64,000 bases of DNA from an uncultured Actinomycetes bacterium (GTDB taxonomy: Bacteria > SZUA-79 > Acidulodesulfobacterales > Acidulodesulfobacteraceae). The DNA is taken from the NCBI GenBank assembly GCA_964631685.1, contig CAZVZU010000008.1:10476-74475 (forward strand), written 5' to 3'. This document shows positions 38,412 through 49,274 of this stretch, one piece after another; within the stretch, counting starts at the first letter, position 1; each line of letters opens with the position of its first letter. The position numbers were made by a program, and so were the translations under genes. The notes beneath the pieces are model-generated. The model was not told where the DNA came from. It ran no database searches and worked only from the letters and a program-made list of their open reading frames with translations.

Positions 38412-41051
38412 GTGCCTAAAGTGGCAATTAAGTTACTAAAAAATATTTTCGGAACAAGCAACCAGAGAGAGATTTCCAAATTAAAGCATGTTATAGATGA
38501 GATTAATTCTTTAGAAGCTAAATATTCTGGCTTTACAAATGATGAGCTTAAGGGAATGAGGCTTAAGTTTAAAGAGGAAATTAAGGGATACCAAGGGGAT
38601 AAGTTAGATAAAAAATTAGAAGAGATTTTGCCTCAAGCCTTTGCGGTTGCGAGGGAAGGTGCCAAGAGAGCGTTGAATATGCGACCTTTTGATGTTCAAC
38701 TCATTGGAGGAATAGTTCTGCATTCTGGTAAAATAGCCGAGATGGCAACCGGAGAAGGCAAAACCCTTGTGGCTGTTCTTCCCGTATACCTTAACAGTTT
38801 AACCGGGAAAGGTGTACATGTTATAACGGTTAATGATTATCTTGCAAAGAGAGATTCGGAGTGGATGACTAAGGTTTATAATCTTTTAGGTCTTTCCGTC
38901 GGCGTAGTAACGAACGATTTAAGTGATGAGGAAAGAAAAAAGGCTTATAATTGCGATGTAACTTATGGAACCAATAATGAATTTGGTTTTGATTATTTAA
39001 GGGATAATATGAAATTTTCTTTGGACGATTATGTTCAAAGAAAGCTTAATTATGTAATTATAGATGAAGTGGATTCGGTGCTAATAGATGAAGCAAGAAC
39101 CCCGCTTATAATTTCAGGTGAATCCGATGAAGCAACCGAGCTGTACTATAAGGCAGATGACGTTGTTAAATTTTTAAAAAAAGATACGGATTTTACCGTT
39201 GACGAAAAGTTGAAGACCGCAATTTTAACCGAAGCTGGCATTGAACGCGTTGAGCATGTATTGAACATAAAAAATATTTATGATCCGCGTCACTTGGATG
39301 CTCTTCATTCCATAAATCAGGCGTTGCGGGCACATGCCTGCTATTTCATGGATGTTGATTATTTGGTTCAGGATAATCAAGTTGTTATAGTCGATGAATT
39401 TACAGGACGACTAATGAACGGAAGGCGTTATGGAGAAGGACTTCACCAGGCGCTGGAAGCAAAAGAGCGTCTCAAGGTTGAGGGAGAAAATCAGACACTT
39501 GCAACTATTACATTTCAAAACTTTTTCAGGATGTATGATAAACTTGCCGGAATGACTGGAACGGCAGATACCGAAGCAGAGGAATTTAAAAAGATATACA
39601 ATCTCGATGTAATAGTTATACCTACTAATAAGCCTATGATTAGAGTGGACGCGACTGATTTGGTTTTTGCTACCGAGGCTGAAAAATTTAATGCGATTGC
39701 GGAAGAGATTATAGAAAAATACAAAAAGGGGCAACCGATTCTTGTAGGAACGGTTTCCGTTGAAAAGTCTGAGAGATTGAGTCTAACTTTAAAGAAAAGG
39801 GGTATCCCTCATTCTGTTTTAAATGCAAAAAATCATGCAAAAGAGGCTCATATTATTACAAATGCAGGTCAAAAAAAATCCATAACCATTGCGACTAATA
39901 TGGCCGGAAGAGGGGTTGATATTGTTCTTGGCGAAGAAGTAGTAGGGTTGGGTGGTTTGCACGTTATGGGGACGGAAAGACATGAGTCTAGGCGGATAGA
40001 TAATCAGCTTAGAGGTAGGTCCGGCAGGCAAGGTGATATCGGTTCTTCCAGATTTTACGTTTCATTGGAAGATGATCTTATGAGAATATTCGGTTCTGAA
40101 AAACTTGCTCCATTTCTTGAAAGGCTAGGGTTAAAAGATGGCCAAGCAATTGAGCATAAGATGATTTCAAAGGCTATAGAAAACTCTCAGAAAAAGGTTG
40201 AGGGACATAACTTTGATATACGAAAAAATCTCATAGACTACGATAATGTCATGAATAAACAGAGAGAATTGGTCTATGGTTATAGGAAGATGATTCTCCA
40301 TATAAGCGAGCTTGACGAGATGCAAGACGAAATTATATTTGATATCGAATCATTAATAAGATCATACATAGAGGATTATATCCCAGAAAAATTGCATAGT
40401 ATAAATTGGGATATTGACGGTCTTTTGGACGTTATAAAGGTTAACCTGGATGTAGATGTTTTATCTATTCAGTTCATGAATATTCCGGATCATAAGGATA
40501 AAGATGAGGAGACACTGAAAGGGTCGCTGGTGGAAGATTTTAGGAAACTTTCAAAGGATGAGTTGCTCGTTAGCCTTGTAGGGCTGGTTAAAAAACAGGT
40601 AGATTTAAAAATTTCCTCGTTTCCGGATGAGGATAGGATAGATATAGTTAAAGCACTTTATTTACAAGCGGCAGATAGTCTTTGGAAAGATGCGCTGACG
40701 TCCTTAGACAGCTTAAAAGAGGGCATAGGGCTTAGGGGATATGCGCAGGTAAATCCGTTAATTGAATATCAAAAAGAGGCATATGAATTATTTATTAATA
40801 TGCAATTTAGGATGAAGGAAGAGGCGATAAACTCTATTATGACCATTCGGTTAGAAGAGAGTTTAGGTGCAGGGGATATCTTTGCCGGAGCCGGTTTATA
40901 TTCCGATAACCTAATTTTATCTCATGATGAAATACTTTCCGAAAATGAATCTAAACAAAAGCCTATAGTAAAACCTAAGAAGATTGGAAGGAATGAACCG
41001 TGTCCATGTGGGAGCGGCAAAAAATATAAACATTGTCATGGAAAAAATTAA
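38412..41051 (+). CDS. secA: preprotein translocase ATPase SecA
   Basis: MATGEGKT, DEVD, TNMAGRG, QLRGRSGRQG, SEC-C motif CPCGSGKKYKHCH. Confidence 0.98.
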   Translation: MPKVAIKLLKNIFGTSNQREISKLKHVIDEINSLEAKYSGFTNDELKGMRLKFKEEIKGYQGDKLDKKLEEILPQAFAVAREGAKRALNMRPFDVQLIGGIVLHSGKIAEMATGEGKTLVAVLPVYLNSLTGKGVHVITVNDYLAKRDSEWMTKVYNLLGLSVGVVTNDLSDEERKKAYNCDVTYGTNNEFGFDYLRDNMKFSLDDYVQRKLNYVIIDEVDSVLIDEARTPLIISGESDEATELYYKADDVVKFLKKDTDFTVDEKLKTAILTEAGIERVEHVLNIKNIYDPRHLDALHSINQALRAHACYFMDVDYLVQDNQVVIVDEFTGRLMNGRRYGEGLHQALEAKERLKVEGENQTLATITFQNFFRMYDKLAGMTGTADTEAEEFKKIYNLDVIVIPTNKPMIRVDATDLVFATEAEKFNAIAEEIIEKYKKGQPILVGTVSVEKSERLSLTLKKRGIPHSVLNAKNHAKEAHIITNAGQKKSITIATNMAGRGVDIVLGEEVVGLGGLHVMGTERHESRRIDNQLRGRSGRQGDIGSSRFYVSLEDDLMRIFGSEKLAPFLERLGLKDGQAIEHKMISKAIENSQKKVEGHNFDIRKNLIDYDNVMNKQRELVYGYRKMILHISELDEMQDEIIFDIESLIRSYIEDYIPEKLHSINWDIDGLLDVIKVNLDVDVLSIQFMNIPDHKDKDEETLKGSLVEDFRKLSKDELLVSLVGLVKKQVDLKISSFPDEDRIDIVKALYLQAADSLWKDALTSLDSLKEGIGLRGYAQVNPLIEYQKEAYELFINMQFRMKEEAINSIMTIRLEESLGAGDIFAGAGLYSDNLILSHDEILSENESKQKPIVKPKKIGRNEPCPCGSGKKYKHCHGKN

Positions 41052-41063
41052 TCAATTTAGTAA

Positions 41064-42254
41064 ATGAGTGTTAAAAATTTTTTATTTTCGGCTAAATCTT
41101 CAGGGCTAAAGAAGGACGGTGGTTTAGATGTCGGATTAATGATATCCGAAATTCCGTTGAGGGTCAGTGCTGTTTTTACGAAAAATAAAATCAAAGCGGC
41201 ACCTGTTGTTATCTCAAAAAGACATTCCAAGAATACTATTAAGGCATTGATCGTAAACTCAGGCAATGCGAATGCTTGTGAAGGCAAGGACGGATTAAGC
41301 GATGCTCTTAGGGTTATTAAGTCTGTTGCTGAAGAGATAGGGATTGCCGAGGATAATATTATTATCTGTTCTACGGGGGTAATCGGAGAAAGGCTTGATG
41401 CTTCATTGATAGAAAACGTTGTTCCGCAATTGGTAAAATCTGCAGATGAGAGCGGTTTGAATGATTTTGCAAAATCTATAATGACCACTGACACATTCTC
41501 CAAGACAGCGTCCAGAAATGTTTTTATAAATGATGTAAAATATAGAATAACAGGTGTAGCAAAGGGCTCAGGCATGATAATGCCCAATATGGCAACTATG
41601 CTTGCCTTTATCTTTACGGATATTCCCCTCACTAAAAAGATAGCGGACATTATGTTCAAAGATTGTGTGAACGGCTCATTTAATTCTATCACCGTTGACG
41701 GAGATACTTCGACAAACGATACCGCTGCTTTCTTTTACCCCGATGCAGGGCTGGGAGATTCGTGCGACGTTTTGGTTGAGAAATCGGATATGAATTATGG
41801 GTTAATCAAAAACACTCTTGGCGAAGTATGTTTTGAATTGGCAAAAATGATTGTAAAAGATGGTGAAGGCGCGTCAAAGTTTGTAACGATTACCGTGGTT
41901 AATGCTTATACGGAAACAGCGGCTAAGCGCGTTGCATTTACCATTGCAAATTCCAGTCTTTTTAAAACAATGATTACCGGAGAGGATTTAAATTGGGGGC
42001 GAATAATTGCCGCGATAGGAAGGTCGTCTGTCAAAATAAAACCTGACAATATAGATATTTATATAAATGATAAAATGATAGTCGAAGATTCCATTGCATC
42101 AAAAAAGATAGATAAAGATGTAGAAGAGACGATATTGTCACCAAAAGAGATAGATTTAAAAATAGATCTTCATTGCGGTAATGCCGTTGGAACAGTTTTG
42201 ACGTGTAATTTAACCAAAGAGTATGTGGACATAAACGCTTCATATAGAAGTTAG
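41064..42254 (+). CDS. argJ: glutamate N-acetyltransferase/ornithine acetyltransferase
   Basis: NSGNANA, KGSGMIMPNMA/TML, DGDTSTND, DGEGA, NWGRI. Confidence 0.95.
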   Translation: MSVKNFLFSAKSSGLKKDGGLDVGLMISEIPLRVSAVFTKNKIKAAPVVISKRHSKNTIKALIVNSGNANACEGKDGLSDALRVIKSVAEEIGIAEDNIIICSTGVIGERLDASLIENVVPQLVKSADESGLNDFAKSIMTTDTFSKTASRNVFINDVKYRITGVAKGSGMIMPNMATMLAFIFTDIPLTKKIADIMFKDCVNGSFNSITVDGDTSTNDTAAFFYPDAGLGDSCDVLVEKSDMNYGLIKNTLGEVCFELAKMIVKDGEGASKFVTITVVNAYTETAAKRVAFTIANSSLFKTMITGEDLNWGRIIAAIGRSSVKIKPDNIDIYINDKMIVEDSIASKKIDKDVEETILSPKEIDLKIDLHCGNAVGTVLTCNLTKEYVDINASYRS

Positions 42255-42271
42255 TCTCAAAACGCAAATTT

Positions 42272-42979
42272 ATGAAAATACCTATTTTATATTATCATAA
42301 GATAGATTTCCCCAAAAAAAATGCAGTATATAAAGGTTTATACGTAACTCCAAAACAGTTCAAAAGGCAAATGTTTTTATTGAAAATTTTGGGTTATCAT
42401 TCCATAAATCCGAAAGAACTTTTACGTTTCGTCAAGGGACATAAGCCTCGTGTGAAAAAGCCGATATTAATCACATTTGATGATGGATATGAAAATAATT
42501 TCCTTAATGCTTATCCTATATTGAAAACTATGGGTTTTACAGCTTTATTTTTTATAAGTACCGGGCTTATTGGAAAAAAGAAATCCGTATTAGATGAAAG
42601 GGAGACTATCCCAGAGGATTTTTTAAGTAAAAATAAGATTAGATTAATGCATAATGATGGTTTTTTTGTTGGCTCTCACGGGATTAATCATTATCATCTT
42701 AATAGAGTAGAAGAGGGTGTTTTAATAGGTGAATTAATTGCATCCAAGGCTTACCTGGAAAATATATTGGAGACCGATATAGATTTTTTTTCATACCCCT
42801 TTGGCAGTTATAACCTTGATATTATGAGAGCTGTAAAAAACGCCGGATATTTAGCTGCATTTACGACGGTAAAAGGTAAGGTAAAAACCGGAGATAATTC
42901 ATATGAATTAAAAAGAATATCTGTTAACGGATATAATACTATTTTTAATTTTCTTTTTAAAATAATTTTCTTGCAATAA
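42272..42979 (+). CDS. polysaccharide deacetylase (CE4/NodB) family
   Basis: ILYYH, ITFDDGY, GSHGINH, FSYPFG. Confidence 0.88.
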   Translation: MKIPILYYHKIDFPKKNAVYKGLYVTPKQFKRQMFLLKILGYHSINPKELLRFVKGHKPRVKKPILITFDDGYENNFLNAYPILKTMGFTALFFISTGLIGKKKSVLDERETIPEDFLSKNKIRLMHNDGFFVGSHGINHYHLNRVEEGVLIGELIASKAYLENILETDIDFFSYPFGSYNLDIMRAVKNAGYLAAFTTVKGKVKTGDNSYELKRISVNGYNTIFNFLFKIIFLQ

Positions 42980-42999
42980 AAGTGTAAAAATGATAAAAG
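42971..42999 (+). promoter_or_regulatory. possible rpsB operon promoter
   Basis: TTGCAA-17bp-TAAAAG with TG at the extended -10 position. Confidence 0.4.
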
Positions 43000-43034
43000 G
43001 ATAAATTCGTTATTTAAAATTAATCAAAATCGTA

Positions 43035-43075
43035 CCCATCTGCCAGCTGTGCTTGTTAGGTTTACTACGGATGGG
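43035..43075 (+). promoter_or_regulatory. structured rpsB 5' leader (candidate S2 autoregulatory RNA)
   Basis: CCCATCTG (43035-42) pairs with CGGATGGG (43068-75) in a GC-rich island of an AT-rich leader. Confidence 0.5.
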
Positions 43076-43102
43076 GATAAAAAAGCGCAAAAGGAGAAGA
43101 AA

Positions 43103-43930
43103 ATGCCATTTAATGTAACGATTAAACAGTTGTTGGAAGCGGGTGTTCATTTCGGTCATCAAACAAAAAGGTGGAATCCAAAGATGAGGCCTTACATCTA
43201 CGGGGCGAGAAACGGGATACATATAATTGATCTCCAGAAGTCTCTGCCTTATTTTCAGGAGGCATACGATAAGGTGTCGGAGATTGCTAGCACCGGAGGA
43301 GTAATCCTTTTTATAGGTACAAAAAAGCAGGCCAATTCTATTATCGTAGAAGAGTCAAAAAGGTGCAATATGCCCTATGTTAATGAAAGATGGCTTGGCG
43401 GTATGCTCACCAATTTTGCTACAATCAAGCTTTCTATCATGAGGTTAAAAGAGCTTGAAAGGCTTAAGGAATCCGAAGAATTTTTTAAATTCACAAAGAA
43501 AGAAATGCTAAAGATGGATAAGGATAGCTTAAAACTTCAGAGAGTTCTTAATGGAATCAGGGATATGGAAAAGATTCCGGATGCAGTTTTTGTAGTAGAT
43601 ATTCACCACGAAATAATTGCTGTTAACGAGGCGAAAAGACTTGAAATTCCGATTATAGGCGTTGCGGATACAAATGCCGATCCTATGTTTGTTAATTACA
43701 TAATTCCAGGAAATGACGATGCAATAAGGGCAATCAAGTTAATCATGAGCGTGATGGCGGATGCTGTTTTGGAAGGCACGAAAATTTACGAAGGAAGATT
43801 TAATAAAGGAAAGACAAGTAATAATATCACAGGGGATATTAATGAAGATACATTTGAATCACCTGCTGCTGAAGAACCGAAGGCAAGCGTGAGTTCCACC
43901 GGCGGAGATAACGACGATGTTTCTATATAA
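43103..43930 (+). CDS. rpsB: 30S ribosomal protein S2
   Basis: LLEAGVHFGH, WNPKM, RWLGGMLTN, PGNDDAIR; ATG 43103 after AAGGAG. Confidence 0.98.
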   Translation: MPFNVTIKQLLEAGVHFGHQTKRWNPKMRPYIYGARNGIHIIDLQKSLPYFQEAYDKVSEIASTGGVILFIGTKKQANSIIVEESKRCNMPYVNERWLGGMLTNFATIKLSIMRLKELERLKESEEFFKFTKKEMLKMDKDSLKLQRVLNGIRDMEKIPDAVFVVDIHHEIIAVNEAKRLEIPIIGVADTNADPMFVNYIIPGNDDAIRAIKLIMSVMADAVLEGTKIYEGRFNKGKTSNNITGDINEDTFESPAAEEPKASVSSTGGDNDDVSI

Positions 43931-43956
43931 TATATAAAGCCAAGGAGGGTAAATAA

Positions 43957-44562
43957 TTGGAAAAAACATCAAAGATTGATGCGGGATTAGTTAAGGATTT
44001 GCGTTCGGCGACCGGAGCCGGTTTTGTTAATTGCAAGGATGCCCTTGTCGAAACCGATGGAGATATAAATAAAGCAATTGACATATTAAGGAAAAAGGGG
44101 CTTGCGAAAGCGCAAAAAAAGGCCAACAGAGAGGCAAGAGAAGGATTAATATATTCTTATATTCATACAGGGGGAAGGATTGGCGTTTTATTGGAGATAA
44201 ATTGCGAAACAGATTTTGTTGCAAGAACATCAGAATTTCAAGAGCTTGCCAAAAATATCGCAATGCATGTAGCCGCTTCGAATCCACTTTACACAAAGAG
44301 GGAACTTGTTCCTTCAGAGCTGATATCAAAAGAAAAAGAGATATACGAAGAACAACTTATTAAAATGAATAAACCGCAAGCAGTTAAAGAAAAAATAGTT
44401 AGCGGTAAATTAGAGAAGTATTATCAAGAGACATGCCTATTGGAGCAACCTTTTATAAAGGATCCGTCGAAAAATATTCTGGGCATAATAAGTGATGAAA
44501 TTGCAAGGTTAGGAGAAAACATAATTCTAAAAAGATTTGTACGATATCAATTAGGGGAGTAA
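43957..44562 (+). CDS. tsf: elongation factor Ts (short form)
   Basis: UBA-like N-terminus, [14 protein letters not shown] with TTG start; 201 aa. Confidence 0.96.
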   Translation: MEKTSKIDAGLVKDLRSATGAGFVNCKDALVETDGDINKAIDILRKKGLAKAQKKANREAREGLIYSYIHTGGRIGVLLEINCETDFVARTSEFQELAKNIAMHVAASNPLYTKRELVPSELISKEKEIYEEQLIKMNKPQAVKEKIVSGKLEKYYQETCLLEQPFIKDPSKNILGIISDEIARLGENIILKRFVRYQLGE

Positions 44563-44563
44563 C

Positions 44564-45289
44564 GTGAGCGAATCTTGCTATAAAAGAATATTGCTTAAGG
44601 TTAGTGGAGAGGCCTTGGCCGGTGAAAGCGGTTGCGGAATAGACCCTACCGTTATTAATTTTGTTTCGAATGAAATTAAATTGATAACGGATTTAGGCAT
44701 TGAGGTCGCTATCGTTATAGGCGGTGGTAATATCTTTAGAGGTTTTAATACTTCGCATAAGGGGCTCGGCATAGAAAGGTCTTCCGCCGATTATATGGGT
44801 ATGCTTGCTACGGTTATCAATGCATTGGCGTTGCAATCAAGTTTAGAAGACAAAGGGGTTATATCTAGGGTCCAGACGGCTATCGCTATGCAACAGGTTG
44901 CGGAACCTTATATTAGGCGTAGGGCAATAAGACATTTAGAAAAGAAAAGGATTGTTATATTTGCTGCAGGGACTGGAAATCCTTATTTTACTACGGATAC
45001 TGCTGCTTCACTAAGGGCGATGGAAATACATGCGGATGTCATACTCAAAGCAACGCGTATAGATGGGGTGTATGACAACGACCCGCTTTTAAATAAAGAA
45101 GCCGTAAAATTTAGCAAACTTTCCTATATTGATGTTTTGAATAAAAATCTAAAGGTGATGGATTCTACCGCCATTTCAATGTGTATGGATAATTCACTCC
45201 CTATAATTGTCTTTAATCTACTGGTTGCCGGTAACTTATCAAGGGTTGTTACAGGCGAAGCTATTGGAACTATTATCAAAAACCTTTAA
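44564..45289 (+). CDS. pyrH: UMP kinase
   Basis: [29 protein letters not shown]. Confidence 0.97.
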   Translation: MSESCYKRILLKVSGEALAGESGCGIDPTVINFVSNEIKLITDLGIEVAIVIGGGNIFRGFNTSHKGLGIERSSADYMGMLATVINALALQSSLEDKGVISRVQTAIAMQQVAEPYIRRRAIRHLEKKRIVIFAAGTGNPYFTTDTAASLRAMEIHADVILKATRIDGVYDNDPLLNKEAVKFSKLSYIDVLNKNLKVMDSTAISMCMDNSLPIIVFNLLVAGNLSRVVTGEAIGTIIKNL

Positions 45290-45311
45290 TTTTTGTTTTT
45301 AAGGTGAAAAT

Positions 45312-45872
45312 ATGGATGAGATAGAAATTTCTAGTGAAGTTACAAAAAAAATGTCAATGGCTCTTGTCAGCTATAAGAGCGAACTATCAAGGATTAGAAC
45401 CGGCCGAGCTTCTACGGGACTTATAGATGGCATAAATGTAGAATATTACGGGTCCATTTCGCCACTTATAAGACTTGCATCCATTTCCGTGCCGGATAGC
45501 AGGACCATAATGATAAATTCATGGGATGTCAATTCTCTTCCAGCTATAGAGAAGGCAATACGGAAGTATGATTCGTCGTTAAATCCTTCCAACGACGGTA
45601 AAAGTATAATTATTGTTATACCCCAATTAACACAGGAAAGGCGTAAGGAAATCATAAAACAGTTAAATAAGCTTGCAGAGTCCATAAAGCAAGAAATAAG
45701 GAACTATAGGCGGACTTTTAACGAAAAGATTAAAACGGCGGAAAAGTCAAAAGAAATATCAGAGGATATGGCAGTGAGATTACAAAAGAAGGTTCAAGAA
45801 TTAACCAACAGCTTCGTTAAAGAGGTGGACGAAACTACAAAGCGTAAGGAAAAAGATATAATGATGGTTTAA
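45312..45872 (+). CDS. frr: ribosome recycling factor
   Basis: RTGRAS, LTQERRKE, IRNYRR; synteny. Confidence 0.95.
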   Translation: MDEIEISSEVTKKMSMALVSYKSELSRIRTGRASTGLIDGINVEYYGSISPLIRLASISVPDSRTIMINSWDVNSLPAIEKAIRKYDSSLNPSNDGKSIIIVIPQLTQERRKEIIKQLNKLAESIKQEIRNYRRTFNEKIKTAEKSKEISEDMAVRLQKKVQELTNSFVKEVDETTKRKEKDIMMV

Positions 45873-45883
45873 GTTCTTCTGGT

Positions 45884-46609
45884 ATGATAAAAAAAATTAA
45901 GTTGAAAAATGTCCCTAAGCATCTTGCCATAATCATGGATGGAAACGGGAGATGGGCAAAAAAAAAGAATTTAAACAGAATACATGGGCATATAAAGGGG
46001 ATAAAATCTTTAAGGGCTATTGTTGCCGCTGCCATGGAATACAATATCAAATATCTTACCGTTTATTCGTTTTCTTCTGAAAATTGGCAGAGACCTAAGT
46101 TGGAAGTAGACTCTTTGATGCACTTGCTGTACGAGTATCTTAATTCAGAACTTCCTTACCTTATAAAAAATAAAATAAGGCTTAATTTTATAGGAAATAT
46201 AGAAAAGCTTCCTGATAATTCGAAAAAAACACTTTTGAATGTCATTGACGAAACAAAGATGTTCGACAACCTGCACTTAACTCTTGCGCTAAGTTATGGT
46301 TCTAGGGAAGAGATATTAAGGGCGACGGTTAGTATAGTTAGGGATATAAGGGATAATAAGATAGACATAGAGCATATAGACGAAGATAAGTTTTCAACTT
46401 ATCTTTATACGAGGGATATGCCTGACCCGGATTTTCTTATCAGAACGAGCGGGGAGCAAAGAATATCCAACTTTATGCTTTATCAAAATGCTTATACCGA
46501 AATATATTTTACAAAAACTTTATGGCCTGATTTTGGTAGGAAAGAATTTATCAGGGCGTTGCAAAATTATGAAAATAGAGTCAGAAGGTTCGGGAAAACA
46601 GAGGTTTGA
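45884..46609 (+). CDS. uppS: undecaprenyl diphosphate synthase
   Basis: IMDGNGRWA, FSSENW, RTSGEQRISNF, LWPDF, RRFG. Confidence 0.96.
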   Translation: MIKKIKLKNVPKHLAIIMDGNGRWAKKKNLNRIHGHIKGIKSLRAIVAAAMEYNIKYLTVYSFSSENWQRPKLEVDSLMHLLYEYLNSELPYLIKNKIRLNFIGNIEKLPDNSKKTLLNVIDETKMFDNLHLTLALSYGSREEILRATVSIVRDIRDNKIDIEHIDEDKFSTYLYTRDMPDPDFLIRTSGEQRISNFMLYQNAYTEIYFTKTLWPDFGRKEFIRALQNYENRVRRFGKTEV

Positions 46610-47411
46610 TGTTAAAAGGTTTATATTTGGCATTCTCTTTGGCATTATTATAATTCTGTCTATTTTTTTACTTAATAGGCTTGAGTTCTTCTTTATCTGT
46701 GTCATTTTAATTGCGTTGTCCGTTTATGAATTATTCTCGATATTTGATTTGAATAATTATAAATATTTTATTCTTCCTGAGATTCTGTCTGTCTTGGTTG
46801 CTTTTGCATCCGTTTTCTTATCCCCCTCTGCACTTATTTTTGTGATGTTTCTATCCATTTTTTTGATTCTGTTTAAAAATGTTGTTTTTTTTAAGAATGA
46901 TTCTGGAAAAAGTTTATTTTTAGACATATTTTCTGTCTTTTACGCTGGTTTTTTTATTTCTTATTTATCAAAAATATTAAATTTAAATAACGGAAGATTG
47001 TTATTGTTGCTCCTGTTTGTTCTAATATGGGCGTCCGACATTTTTGCATATTATGGCGGCAGGCATTTTGGAAGGCACAAATTATTTTTATCGCTGAGCC
47101 CTAAAAAAACTATAGAAGGTGCATTAATAGGGCTTTTATCTGCTATCTTTGTGGTCCTTATATGTAGAATTTTTATAGCGGATCACTATATCTTTACCTT
47201 TATCGCATTTATTATCTTGTCTGTTTCGACTATAATTTTAGGAATGATCGGCGATCTAACCGAATCATTATTGAAAAGGATTGGGCAAAAAAAGGATTCT
47301 GGGTTTTTAATTCCCGGTCATGGCGGAATTTTAGATAGAATAGATAGCCTAATATTGGCAGCGCCGTTTTTTTATTATATTGCATTATTTTTATTGAATT
47401 TTAAAAATTAA
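46569..47411 (+). CDS. cdsA: phosphatidate cytidylyltransferase
   Basis: SDIFAY, SPKKTIEG, GDLTES, KDSG..IPGHGGILDRIDS; start ambiguous (see findings). Confidence 0.92.
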   Translation: MKIESEGSGKQRFDVKRFIFGILFGIIIILSIFLLNRLEFFFICVILIALSVYELFSIFDLNNYKYFILPEILSVLVAFASVFLSPSALIFVMFLSIFLILFKNVVFFKNDSGKSLFLDIFSVFYAGFFISYLSKILNLNNGRLLLLLLFVLIWASDIFAYYGGRHFGRHKLFLSLSPKKTIEGALIGLLSAIFVVLICRIFIADHYIFTFIAFIILSVSTIILGMIGDLTESLLKRIGQKKDSGFLIPGHGGILDRIDSLILAAPFFYYIALFLLNFKN

Positions 47412-47433
47412 ATTAAACATTTAAAATAGCCTA

Positions 47434-48585
47434 ATGAAAAACATATTTATTGCCGGGTCCACGGGATCTATAGGAAAAAATGCGATTGAGACAGCGCTCG
47501 CTTATCCGGAAAAATTGTCTGTAAAAGCGCTTGCCGCAGGACATTTTACTGAAAGATTAAAGGAGCAGATTGTAAAATTAAATCCATCATACTGCATTCT
47601 TCCGCTAAAAACCGAAATAGACAAGGCAAAATCGGAAATAGACAACCTGAGTGGTATTAAAACTAAATTTCTTTATGGCGAAGATGGGTTAAAAGAGATG
47701 GTGTTTAATGAAGATTTGGATATTGTTTTAAATGCAATTAGCGGTTCATCGGGGCTAATGCTTTCATATTGGAGCGTTAAAGCAGGCAAAAATTTGGCTC
47801 TTGCAAACAAAGAATCTATGGTTATGGCAGGTGATATTTTAAATAGAGTTGCTAAGTCCGATAACGCAAATATTATTCCCGTTGACTCTGAACATTCGGC
47901 CTTGTTTCAATGTTTGAATTGTGGCAATAATGCTGATTTGAATAAATTAATTCTTACAGCATCCGGCGGTCCTTTTTATAATATCCCTGAAAAAAAATTA
48001 TGTAGCGTGACAAAAGATATGGCATTAAAGCATCCTAAATGGAAAATGGGCAAAAAGATTACAATTGATTCGTCTACCCTTGCCAACAAAGGGCTCGAGA
48101 TAATAGAAGCACATTATTTATTTGATGTTGATGAACAAGCTATAGATGTTTTAATACATCCGCAGGCCGTAGTACATTCTATGATTGAGTTTATGGACGG
48201 TTCCATTATAGCGCAAATGGCACAAGCCGATATGAAAGGTCCTATAGGCTATGCTTTTTCTTACCCTGACCGTTTTCATGGATTAATGAAGCCGCTTAAT
48301 CTTGCCCAAATTGGCAGACTTGAGTTTTTAAAGCCGGATACGCGAAAATTTCCTTTTTTAAATCTTGCGAGAGAAACTTTGCGGGTTGGCAGAAGTATGC
48401 CAGCTATATTTTGTGAGGCTAATGAATTTTTTGTTAACTCCTTTCTGCATGATAAGATTTCTTTTACTGACATAGCATTTAATGTTGGAATTGTTATGGA
48501 AAAACACAAGCCCTTTGAAATTAATGATATAGAAGATGTTCTTGAGGCGCGCAGGCAGGCGCGGGCATTAGCTAAAAATCTTTAA
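47434..48585 (+). CDS. dxr: 1-deoxy-D-xylulose 5-phosphate reductoisomerase
   Basis: GSTGSIG, LANKES, PVDSEH, TASGGPF, HPKWKMG, NKGLE. Confidence 0.96.
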   Translation: MKNIFIAGSTGSIGKNAIETALAYPEKLSVKALAAGHFTERLKEQIVKLNPSYCILPLKTEIDKAKSEIDNLSGIKTKFLYGEDGLKEMVFNEDLDIVLNAISGSSGLMLSYWSVKAGKNLALANKESMVMAGDILNRVAKSDNANIIPVDSEHSALFQCLNCGNNADLNKLILTASGGPFYNIPEKKLCSVTKDMALKHPKWKMGKKITIDSSTLANKGLEIIEAHYLFDVDEQAIDVLIHPQAVVHSMIEFMDGSIIAQMAQADMKGPIGYAFSYPDRFHGLMKPLNLAQIGRLEFLKPDTRKFPFLNLARETLRVGRSMPAIFCEANEFFVNSFLHDKISFTDIAFNVGIVMEKHKPFEINDIEDVLEARRQARALAKNL

Positions 48586-48701
48586 ACTCATGATTTAAGG
48601 ATACACTTCCTTACATATTTGTTATATAATGATACGAATATAAATATATTTTAGATACCTTTCGCAAGAAGCATATAGAGAATTTTCATGGAGCATCCAT
48701 T

Positions 48702-49214
48702 ATGATAATATTGCCTTATTTGGAAAAATTTCCTGATATTAACGAAACGGTATATTTATGCGATAATGTGGTTATTGTGGGCGATGTTGAGATAAAACGA
48801 GGGGCAAGCATATGGTTTGGGTCCGTCGTCAGGGGGGATGTGAATTACATACGAATAGGCGAAAATACAAATATCCAAGATAATAGTGTCCTTCATGTTT
48901 ATCACGATATCGGTCCGCTTGTAATAGGCAACGGTGTTACGGTAGGGCATAGCGTAAACCTTCACGGGTGCGAGATAGGAGATAACTGTCTCATAGGAAT
49001 TGGGGCAATAGTTTTGACGGGGGCAAGGATTGGAAAAAATAGTATAATTGCCGCCGGAACAGTTGTGAAAGAAAATGCAGTTATTCCGGAAGGTTCCTTG
49101 GTTGCCGGTGTTCCGGGTGTTATAAAAAAGAAACTCAAACAAAACGAAATAGATAGTATTAAAGAATCGGCGGTTAACTATGCCGGCTATGTTAAAAATT
49201 ACAGAATAAATTAA
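48702..49214 (+). CDS. gamma-carbonic anhydrase-like hexapeptide protein (YrdA/CaiE family)
   Basis: RGDVN, NIQDNSVLH, GHSVNLHGC. Confidence 0.9.
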   Translation: MIILPYLEKFPDINETVYLCDNVVIVGDVEIKRGASIWFGSVVRGDVNYIRIGENTNIQDNSVLHVYHDIGPLVIGNGVTVGHSVNLHGCEIGDNCLIGIGAIVLTGARIGKNSIIAAGTVVKENAVIPEGSLVAGVPGVIKKKLKQNEIDSIKESAVNYAGYVKNYRIN

Positions 49215-49274
49215 ATATCATTCAGTTACTCATATGTTTGCAAAATTAGTATTAAAAGTGAGGGTCGACAGGTA

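Noticed and set aside
41057..41692. 211-aa antisense ORF
   Set aside because: Shadow of argJ on the opposite strand with no recognisable motifs; the other short antisense or nested ORFs in the track were rejected for the same reason
43957..44562. EF-Ts appears truncated (201 aa)
   Set aside because: The short dimeric EF-Ts form is well known (e.g. Thermus); not a pseudogene
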